A DNA stretch of 58,707 nucleotides, from the IMG/VR virus record IMGVR_UViG_2974696732_000001. One strand, written 5' to 3'. The notes under the pieces were generated by a model that searched no databases, was not told the DNA's origin, and saw only the letters and a program-made list of their open reading frames with translations. Source of the DNA: a virus. Lineage: Duplodnaviria; Heunggongvirae; Uroviricota; Caudoviricetes. Shown piece after piece: positions 13,336 through 20,208 of this stretch (positions are counted from its first letter, which is position 1; each line of letters begins with the position of its first letter). Made by a program: the position numbers and the translations under genes.

Positions 13336-13737
13336 TTATTTTGCTGACTCATTGAACATCCAGAGCCACTTATCGACTCCCTGCTTCACTTCGATGAGAA
13401 CATCTTGTGTTGCAAGGTCATCGGTAATGTTCAGTATAGCACTTTGCAGGGTCTGGGTCAATCCTCTTAGAGAACTGACCGTTCCTGTAACTACTTGACT
13501 GAAACTGACTGATTCGCCAGAAAACTCGTAACTTACCTTTGGAGCAAGGTACATGTCAATGGCTCTGGCTCGTTCAGCGATAACGTCAGCATATTCAATT
13601 ATGTCGGAGTGTAGCTCGTCAAGCTTCTCGTGAAGGTAAAGAAATTCCCTACCTCTGAGATTCCAATGACTCTCCTTGACGACCAAGGAGAGAATCAGAA
13701 GCCATTCGAGAGCTTCCTCCAGCTTTGCTTCTAGCAC
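13336..13737 (-). CDS. dps: Dps/ferritin-like protein
   Basis: HWNLRGREFLYLHEKLDE...DVIAER ferroxidase signature. Confidence 0.85.
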   Translation of the reverse strand: MLEAKLEEALEWLLILSLVVKESHWNLRGREFLYLHEKLDELHSDIIEYADVIAERARAIDMYLAPKVSYEFSGESVSFSQVVTGTVSSLRGLTQTLQSAILNITDDLATQDVLIEVKQGVDKWLWMFNESAK

Positions 13738-13948
13738 TCTCCACCTCCTTAATCGCCTTTTTCACTTGGTGATGCATCTCTAGACCAGGGAGGATGTAGA
13801 TATCACATACCGGACACCATAGTCTGAGGTCGGAAGATGCATCAGGCTTCAATCTTGTTATTAAGTTATTCCCACAATCGGGGCATTCTAGTGCCGGGGC
13901 AAGTTGCTCGGCAACTAGTCTATTGTACGCATGGAAATCGCTCCACAT
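13649..13948 (-). CDS. Zinc-ribbon protein
   Basis: CPDC...CPVC; the 3' end overlaps dps by 89 nt. Confidence 0.65.
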   Translation of the reverse strand: MWSDFHAYNRLVAEQLAPALECPDCGNNLITRLKPDASSDLRLWCPVCDIYILPGLEMHHQVKKAIKEVESARSKAGGSSRMASDSLLGRQGESLESQR

Positions 13949-13960
13949 GCATTAAGTGTA

Positions 13961-14164
13961 TCACGCATCTCTGAGGGTGCGCAGAACGCTTTCTACATTA
14001 TGGGTGGCTTCCTCAATTGCATTCCGCAGGTTGCTGACTTCGTTCTCATAGGCATTATCGGCCTCTACAGCATCCTGCTTGATTTCACTGATAAGAGCAG
14101 TGACGAGATTCCTGTTCAACCCTGCGGAATCTGTCAGCAATAGCAATTCAAGTTCTGCTCTCAT
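13961..14164 (-). CDS. Small coiled-coil protein
   Basis: ATGA overlap; helical heptad character. Confidence 0.65.
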   Translation of the reverse strand: MRAELELLLLTDSAGLNRNLVTALISEIKQDAVEADNAYENEVSNLRNAIEEATHNVESVLRTLRDA

Positions 14165-14325
14165 CTTACACCGTCCACATGTGCATGTCCCTTGCAGACA
14201 GTGACCTGCTTGCCAAAATAGGTGACTTGGACAGCAGGCTTGTTAGGGCAATTCTTCATATAACACTTGCCCTTTGAATTTCGAGTGTTCTCACCCTTCT
14301 TGTCTCTTCCAAGACTGTCAGGCAT
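14161..14325 (-). CDS. Small Cys/His protein (54 aa, not in track)
   Basis: MPDSLGRDKKGENTRNSKGKCYMKNC...VCKGH; RBS AAGGAG. Confidence 0.7.
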   Translation of the reverse strand: MPDSLGRDKKGENTRNSKGKCYMKNCPNKPAVQVTYFGKQVTVCKGHAHVDGVR

Positions 14326-14347
14326 CACAGCTCCTTAAAATAGGGAG

Positions 14348-14418
14348 AGCCCCGCAAGAGAATCGAACTCTTAACTCTTCATTACGAAAGAAGTGCGTTA
14401 CCATTACGCCAGCGGGGC
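14348..14418 (-). tRNA. tRNA-Thr (anticodon CGT), CCA not encoded
   Basis: Cloverleaf GCCCCGC/GCGGGGC, D arm GCGT/ACGC, anticodon loop TTCGTAA, T loop TTCGATT. Confidence 0.9.
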
Positions 14419-14429
14419 ATTTGGTGAAA

Positions 14430-14903
14430 TCAGAGCTTCCACCAGGCTCGTCTACGGCGACGACGGGATTTCTTTACCTTTATCACACTCAGTATACACA
14501 GAGCGACAGCAATAGTCAATACCAGAGGTTGTGCTCCGATATAAAACAGAAGTGCTGTGAATCCGAAGAGAGCTATACGTAGCTTCCACAGATTGGTAAT
14601 AAAGCTTGGTCGTCTTGGTGCCGGGCGTGTTGAGCCAGCGAATCTAGCTCCCTTTGATTGGTTGCATCTCAGGTGAGCAAGAGCCACATTACCCCAAACG
14701 TGACCAGGAGAGTCTTTTCGCCACGATAGTGGCACGATATGGTCTAGAGACGCAGACTTGGGGTGAGGGTATTTCAGATTACGTCTGACCCTCTTGCCAC
14801 ACAGATGGCATTTCCAATTTGACTGCGCGTACACGACCGGCCTGGTAATGGATGGGTCATATGGAACGCCATACTCTATGCAACGCTCCTCGTCAGTTTT
14901 CAT
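14430..14903 (-). CDS. HNH endonuclease with C-terminal transmembrane helices and a basic tail
   Basis: CHLCG...SLDHIVP...NVALAHLRCNQSKG, then two hydrophobic segments; leaderless (extended -10 TGcTATGCT at 14910-14918). Confidence 0.8.
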   Translation of the reverse strand: MKTDEERCIEYGVPYDPSITRPVVYAQSNWKCHLCGKRVRRNLKYPHPKSASLDHIVPLSWRKDSPGHVWGNVALAHLRCNQSKGARFAGSTRPAPRRPSFITNLWKLRIALFGFTALLFYIGAQPLVLTIAVALCILSVIKVKKSRRRRRRAWWKL

Positions 14904-14930
14904 ACAAGAAGCATAGCATGTTTGTCAAGC

Positions 14931-15470
14931 TCAGTACCAATTATTGCGCTGGAAGAATGACCATGCGTTACAAGGTGTGCCGTAACGGTCTTCGATGTAA
15001 TCCACACCCCACTTTACTTGGGTGAAAGGATTCGTCTTCCAGTCCTTCCCAGCACTCGCCATCTTCGAAGCCGGTAGCGCTTGAGGAATCCCAAAAGCAC
15101 CTGATGAAGGATTAACTGCCTTGTGGTCCCATTCACTCTCATTGTTCCAAAGATTGTTCAGACATGAGAACTGCTTGTGACCGACCTTTTCCTTAGCGTA
15201 CTCCCTTGGAGTTGGCTTGGGAAGCGGCTTTCGCTCCAGAAGCGAACTCAAGGAAGGCTTAGGCGTAAGACTTGGCTGTGTTACAGCCTTTGGTGTCTCA
15301 CTCTTGCTTGGTGTTGCTGATGGCGATGGTGACGGACGTTCAGCTACCTTCTGCTCTTGCTTATCAAGAGGGAAGGTGCCTACTTCTGACCAGGCAGTAA
15401 CGAATACGGATGTCGCCACTCCCAGAAGCAGAGCACCAGCGGCTATATTGCCCCTCATATCTTGACCCAT
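14931..15470 (-). CDS. Membrane-anchored lytic transglycosylase (SLT-like)
   Basis: N-terminal TM helix, Pro/Ser linker, CLNNLWNNESEW...GAFGIPQALP...QVKWGVDYIEDRYG; RBS GGAGG. Confidence 0.85.
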   Translation of the reverse strand: MGQDMRGNIAAGALLLGVATSVFVTAWSEVGTFPLDKQEQKVAERPSPSPSATPSKSETPKAVTQPSLTPKPSLSSLLERKPLPKPTPREYAKEKVGHKQFSCLNNLWNNESEWDHKAVNPSSGAFGIPQALPASKMASAGKDWKTNPFTQVKWGVDYIEDRYGTPCNAWSFFQRNNWY

Positions 15471-15500
15471 TGTTACCTCCAAGTCCGAGTCAGTTCAAAG

Positions 15501-15529
15501 AGACTACAGGGACTGGAGTTAGGTGTCAA
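15501..15529 (-). promoter_or_regulatory. Promoter for the transglycosylase gene
   Basis: TTGACA-17-TAGTCT. Confidence 0.75.
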
Positions 15530-15693
15530 GTCAGAACAGAGATGTACTTCACAATCTTTACGGAAGTGGCTCCGTCAGCTTCAAGTTCAGCCTTCTCAAG
15601 GAGGGCTTCCGCATGGGAAACGATTTCGTTCGTTTCTTTGATTTCTCCCTTAGTGTTTCTGTACTTAAGGAAGTATCCCTTGACTTCTGTCAT
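15526..15693 (-). CDS. Small protein (55 aa, not in track), paralog of 15690-15863
   Basis: MTEVKGYFLKY...KAELEADGATSVKIVKY. Confidence 0.75.
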   Translation of the reverse strand: MTEVKGYFLKYRNTKGEIKETNEIVSHAEALLEKAELEADGATSVKIVKYISVLT

Positions 15694-15863
15694 GATTCCT
15701 CAAATCGTAGGTGGTCGAACTTTACAATCTTCACGTTCCTGGCTCCATCTTCCTCAAGGATAGCCTTTTGGATGTTGGCAGAACTGCGATTGAAAAGTTC
15801 ATCAGTTTCTAGTTTTACTCCATCTAGCTCGTAAGTTAGATAGAATCTGTGATTTCTTTCCAT
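15690..15863 (-). CDS. Small protein (57 aa, not in track), paralog of 15526-15693
   Basis: MERNHRFYLTY...KAILEEDGARNVKIVKF; RBS GGAG; ATGA coupling. Confidence 0.75.
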   Translation of the reverse strand: MERNHRFYLTYELDGVKLETDELFNRSSANIQKAILEEDGARNVKIVKFDHLRFEES

Positions 15864-16210
15864 CCTTCTTCTCCTTGAATTTGAATAGATTAAATCCCCC
15901 CCCCAGCGTGCCTAGAGTGATAATCACTCGCTGTTGAGTCTGCGTCACTGCCACGACAAGGGCCTCACAGTCACACGCACCTTGTCCTCTGGTGTTAGCC
16001 TTTGCTAACTTCTTCACTTTGAATTTCCGGGCTTTCGTATAGACTTGGCGGAAGAACGGGTCAAGAAGGCCATTAGACTACGAAGACAGTGACATTCGTA
16101 GAATTTGTCTATACCACAGCTATGTGTGACGCGGTTAGCCTCCGCGAGCCTTCCCCTTGTCGTCCATGTGGCTAGGGTCCTATTATTTCAAGGAAGGAGA
16201 ACTCTGGGGC

Positions 16211-16369
16211 AAATAAAAAGGACCCCGGAGGCTCGCCCCCTCCAGGGTCCTGTCTAGACTTACGTCTAGTATCCCACGCTGGGGCGAGCAGCATGTGTTG
16301 TTATCAACACCATACCACACGGTCGCAGCGTGTGCAAATCTGTCATAATTGAGCCATGACTCAACCACT
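16211..16369 (-). ncRNA. Candidate ~155-nt structured RNA or attenuator
   Basis: Promoter 16376-16404; four hairpins; terminator 16219-16251 whose loop is complementary to 16281-16289. Confidence 0.55.
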
Positions 16370-16404
16370 GATATAATCGTAGCATAGCTCAAAGAGCATG
16401 TCAA
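16349..16404. promoter_or_regulatory. Overlapping divergent promoters
   Basis: Plus strand TTGAGC-17-TATAAT (16349-16377); minus strand TTGACA-17-TACGAT (16404-16376). Confidence 0.75.
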
Positions 16405-16419
16405 CGACGAAGGGAAGCT

Positions 16420-17388
16420 ATGGATATCAGCTTTTCAACGATTCCGGGCAATTTGAACACGACCATCGGATATGGCGTGGCCGGATTCAACATGGTTCGC
16501 AGTCTACAGAAGCTAGGACATAGAGTCCCCTTTGCAGACAAGAACTGTAAGATTGAGATTTTCTTCTCACAGCCAGATTACTGGGAATGGAGCAACCAGT
16601 TCTCCTATCATATCGGATACACCCCATGGGAGTCAACAGGTCTGCCAGCAGGCTGGTTGGAACAAATGAATCTTGCTGATGAGGTGTGGACCACATCAGA
16701 GATTATCAGACGATGGTACACAGCGGCCGGTGTGAAGAACGTAAAGGTCTATCCTCATGGCATTGACCCTCAATGGACTCCAAAGAAGAGAAATGTCTAC
16801 GAGAAGATGCGATTCCTGCACATGGGAGAGCCTGCACCTCGAAAGGGTGGACAAATGGCCGTCGATGCATTCCGGGCGGCATTCGGAGACAGTTCAGATG
16901 TAGAATTGACCGTAAAGGCTCACAGACTCAACAACACCAGACGTATCTTTGACGGCCGTATTCTCGGACCAATCACTGACTACAACAATGTCAGACTGGT
17001 TACACAAGAACTCCCAGAAGACCATCTGGTCAGCTTTGTAAAATCCTACCATGTCATGGTCTATCCGAGCTGGGGAGAAGGCTTCGGCCTCATTCCGTTC
17101 CAGGCAATCGCCACAGGAATGCCCACAATCTGCACTGAGAAATGGGCACAATACAGAAGCTATCTTGGTCCACTCGGCCTTGATTCAAAGCTCACAGACT
17201 CACCATGGCCCGGTGTTCATCCAGGAAAGATGCTCGAACCGAGCTTCGATGACCTTGTGGATAAGTACCGCTATGCATACGACAATTTCGATGAACTAAG
17301 CAACTACTTTTACGCTCAGGCACCCAAGTTGCACGAAGAATACAACTGGGAAACGCTGACAGAGAAGGCTTTCGCCCACTTGATTTAG
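16420..17388 (+). CDS. Glycosyltransferase, GT4/GT-B type
   Basis: YPSWGEGFGLIPFQAIATGMPTICT (E-X7-E-like motif); RKGG motif. Confidence 0.85.
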   Translation: MDISFSTIPGNLNTTIGYGVAGFNMVRSLQKLGHRVPFADKNCKIEIFFSQPDYWEWSNQFSYHIGYTPWESTGLPAGWLEQMNLADEVWTTSEIIRRWYTAAGVKNVKVYPHGIDPQWTPKKRNVYEKMRFLHMGEPAPRKGGQMAVDAFRAAFGDSSDVELTVKAHRLNNTRRIFDGRILGPITDYNNVRLVTQELPEDHLVSFVKSYHVMVYPSWGEGFGLIPFQAIATGMPTICTEKWAQYRSYLGPLGLDSKLTDSPWPGVHPGKMLEPSFDDLVDKYRYAYDNFDELSNYFYAQAPKLHEEYNWETLTEKAFAHLI

Positions 17389-17469
17389 GTGGGCGTTTGC
17401 TGTACCATTGAGGAACTACGCGATGATTAGCCGTGCCCTCTACAAGCACGGCCAGAAGGGATTTTTACT

Positions 17470-19422
17470 TTGACTTTGGTCGATGACAAGGGCTTCCTCA
17501 CGGACCCTTACAGAAACTTCATCCACACCAGTCGATACGCAAGGTACCGTGATGACCTTGGACGACGTGAGACTTATGTGGAGACTGTTGACAGATACAT
17601 GAACTACATGCGCAACAGTCTGATTAACAATCACGGATACGGAATTCCCGAAGAGGATTACAACCTCGTACGGGAATTTATTCTTGAGCAGGCTTCAATG
17701 CCCTCCATGCGTGCCATGATGACTGCTGGTCCAGCACTAGACCGCGACAATGTTGCAGCCTACAACTGTTCCTACGTCACAATTGATGACCCACGAGCAT
17801 TCGATGAGACCCTGTACATTCTTATGAATGGTACAGGAGTTGGTTTCTCTGTCGAAGAGAAGTACGTTCGAAAGCTCCCGGTCATTGCAGAAGAGTTTGA
17901 AGCCACAGAAACAGTAATCAAGGTTGCTGACAGCAAGGAAGGTTGGGCACGAGCATATCGTGAGCTACTTAGCCTTCTATGGGGTGGTCGTGTACCTCGC
18001 TGGGATACCTCTAAGGTCCGTCCAGCAGGAGCAAGGCTAAAGACTTTTGGTGGTAGAGCTTCTGGTCCTGGCCCACTAGAACAGCTTTTCCAGTTCACGA
18101 TTGATATCTTCACCAAGGCGGCCGGTAGGCAGTTGACCTCTCTTGAGGCCCATGACCTTGTATGTAAGATTGCAGAAGTTGTAGTTGTTGGTGGAGTAAG
18201 GCGTTCAGCGCTTATTTCTCTTTCCGACCTCTCTGACCTCCGCATGGCTACAGCAAAGTCCGGTAGTTGGTGGGAAGGAAATGGTCAGCGAGCCCTTGCA
18301 AACAACTCAGTAGCTTACACCAGCAAGCCTGATATGACCGCCTTCATGGCTGAATGGAAGAACCTCTACGATTCCAAGTCTGGAGAGCGTGGAATCTTCA
18401 ATAGGCAGGCTGCTAAGGCTCAGGTACTTAAGAATGAAAGGCGAGATGGCAATTTCGACTTCGGAACTAATCCATGTAGCGAAATTATCCTTCGACCTAA
18501 CCAGTTCTGTAACCTGACTGAGGTTGTTGTTCGACCAGACGACACTACAGAGACTCTGATGCGCAAGGTAAAGGCCGCCACAATTCTCGGAACGTGGCAG
18601 TCAACACTTACGAATTTCAAGTACCTTCGCAAGGTCTGGAAGAAGAACACAGAGGAAGAAAGACTACTTGGCGTCTCTCTTACCGGCCAGTTCGGTAACA
18701 GACTGATGTCAGGCCAGGAAGGCATTAAGGAGCTAAGGGACGCCCTTGAAGCTCTCAAGTACAAGGCGGTGGCAGTAAATGCTGAGGTTGCCGATGCAAT
18801 CGGTATCCCTCGCTCTGCTGCAATTACCTGTGTCAAGCCTTCTGGAACTGTCTCACAGCTAGTGGGTGTTCCTTCTGGAATGCACACCGAGCATGACCAC
18901 TTCTACATCAGAACGGTACGAGGAGACAACAAGGACCCTCTTACTCAGTTCCTCAAGGACAGTGGCGTTCCAAACGAGCCTGACGTAATGAAGCCTAATG
19001 ACACCACAGTCTTTAGCTTCCCTAAGAAGGCGGCAGAAGGTGCGCTCACTCGAAATGACCTTACAGCAATCGAGCACCTTGAGATTTGGCTAGCTTATCA
19101 GCGAGCCTGGTGTGAGCACAAGCCATCTATCACTGTTTCTGTAAAGGAGCACGAGTGGATGGAAGTAGGAGCTTGGGTTTACAAGCACTTCGATGAAGTG
19201 TCTGGAATCTCATTCCTACCATTCTCAGAGCACACTTACAAGCAGGCTCCTTACCAGTCAATTACTGAGGCTGAGTACAAGGAATGGCTTGAGAAGATGC
19301 CTGATGAAATTCAGTGGGACCTTCTTCCTACATACGAAGAAGGCGACAACACGACAGGTTCTCAGGAACTTGCGTGTAGCGCAGCCGGTGGTTGTGAGGT
19401 AGTTGACATTACCTACAATTGA
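17470..19422 (+). CDS. nrdJ: Class II (B12-dependent) ribonucleotide reductase
   Basis: YNCSY, GTGVGF, GGVRRSA, TNPCSEI, ITCVKPSGTVSQL, C-terminal CSAAGGC. Confidence 0.92.
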   Translation: MTLVDDKGFLTDPYRNFIHTSRYARYRDDLGRRETYVETVDRYMNYMRNSLINNHGYGIPEEDYNLVREFILEQASMPSMRAMMTAGPALDRDNVAAYNCSYVTIDDPRAFDETLYILMNGTGVGFSVEEKYVRKLPVIAEEFEATETVIKVADSKEGWARAYRELLSLLWGGRVPRWDTSKVRPAGARLKTFGGRASGPGPLEQLFQFTIDIFTKAAGRQLTSLEAHDLVCKIAEVVVVGGVRRSALISLSDLSDLRMATAKSGSWWEGNGQRALANNSVAYTSKPDMTAFMAEWKNLYDSKSGERGIFNRQAAKAQVLKNERRDGNFDFGTNPCSEIILRPNQFCNLTEVVVRPDDTTETLMRKVKAATILGTWQSTLTNFKYLRKVWKKNTEEERLLGVSLTGQFGNRLMSGQEGIKELRDALEALKYKAVAVNAEVADAIGIPRSAAITCVKPSGTVSQLVGVPSGMHTEHDHFYIRTVRGDNKDPLTQFLKDSGVPNEPDVMKPNDTTVFSFPKKAAEGALTRNDLTAIEHLEIWLAYQRAWCEHKPSITVSVKEHEWMEVGAWVYKHFDEVSGISFLPFSEHTYKQAPYQSITEAEYKEWLEKMPDEIQWDLLPTYEEGDNTTGSQELACSAAGGCEVVDITYN

Positions 19423-19436
19423 TAGTACAATTGTAG
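19403..19436 (+). promoter_or_regulatory. Promoter of the HNH gene with an overlapping 9-bp inverted repeat
   Basis: TTGACA-17-TACAAT; CTACAATTG/CAATTGTAG. Confidence 0.8.
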
Positions 19437-19440
19437 TGTT

Positions 19441-20121
19441 ATGACAGTCAAGGATAAGTTTGAAGGGGTCCCGGCTAAATACCGGGACCTTCTTTATTAT
19501 GAGAATGGCAGACTTCGGGCCAGGTGCACTGAGTGTACAAATACCAGGTCCCTGCGAAGCCTATCTGCAACCATCATTACGATGAGGATAGGTTCTTTCA
19601 CAGGAATGTGTCGTCAATGTGAGCTAAATAATCTAGCTAGAGTGAATGTTCTAACGCCAGAAGAGGTTTCTGGTATGGACGTGAAGTTCGACTTCGAATC
19701 TCAGCGAAGAGAAAAGGGTCACATTGTAATCGATAAGGTTTGTGTTGATTGTGGGGATAGGGTTACAGTCAGGTCATCCTCCGTCAAGGCAACTCTGAGA
19801 GCGGAAGGTACTCCACAGGGTAAATGTAATGCTTGTGCCAAGCCGGGTCAATACATTAGTACCACAGGTTATGTAATGCTTAGGATGCCTAACCATCCAG
19901 ATGCTACAAAGGATGGTTATATTCCAGAACATCGTTGGGTAAAAGAGCAGGAATTGGGAAGACGTTTGGAGCGCTCAGAAACTGTTCATCACATCGATGG
20001 AAATAAAGTGAACAATGACCCTCTAAATCTCCAGTTGCGTCAAGGCAATCATGGCGCAGGAGTTAAGTATCAGTGTCTTGATTGCGGAAGTCACAACGTA
20101 AAGAATGTAAAGCTGGATTAA
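19441..20121 (+). CDS. Free-standing HNH homing endonuclease with N-terminal CxxC repeats
   Basis: GYVMLRMPNHP...YIPEHRWV...GRRL...ETVHHIDGNKVNNDPLNL. Confidence 0.85.
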   Translation: MTVKDKFEGVPAKYRDLLYYENGRLRARCTECTNTRSLRSLSATIITMRIGSFTGMCRQCELNNLARVNVLTPEEVSGMDVKFDFESQRREKGHIVIDKVCVDCGDRVTVRSSSVKATLRAEGTPQGKCNACAKPGQYISTTGYVMLRMPNHPDATKDGYIPEHRWVKEQELGRRLERSETVHHIDGNKVNNDPLNLQLRQGNHGAGVKYQCLDCGSHNVKNVKLD

Positions 20122-20125
20122 AAGA

Positions 20126-20154
20126 GGCCGGTACTTTCGAGTACCGGCCCTTTT
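20126..20154 (+). terminator. Intrinsic terminator
   Basis: GGCCGGTACT-TTCG-AGTACCGGCC-CTTTT. Confidence 0.85.
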
Positions 20155-20197
20155 GCTTCATAGCCGATACCTCCTTATACTATTAATCGAAGGAGGT
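20153..20197 (+). promoter_or_regulatory. Endolysin promoter plus anti-SD hairpin
   Basis: TTGCTT-17-TATACT; ACCTCCTT (20169-20176) pairs with AAGGAGGT (20190-20197). Confidence 0.75.
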
Positions 20198-20208
20198 GAA
20201 TGTGAAAA

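Noticed and set aside
15802-16170. 71-aa ORF 15802-16017 and a start-less Cys-containing frame upstream
   Set aside because: No clear RBS and a 62-nt overlap with a better-supported gene. The region may code, but I cannot support coordinates.
16183-16404. 73-aa minus-strand ORF
   Set aside because: Its start lies within the -35 of the promoter that would transcribe it, and it runs through a terminator. The region is better explained as structured RNA.
17430-17469. NrdR box or B12 riboswitch upstream of nrdJ
   Set aside because: The 80-bp intergenic region is too short for a cobalamin riboswitch, and no convincing NrdR palindrome is present.
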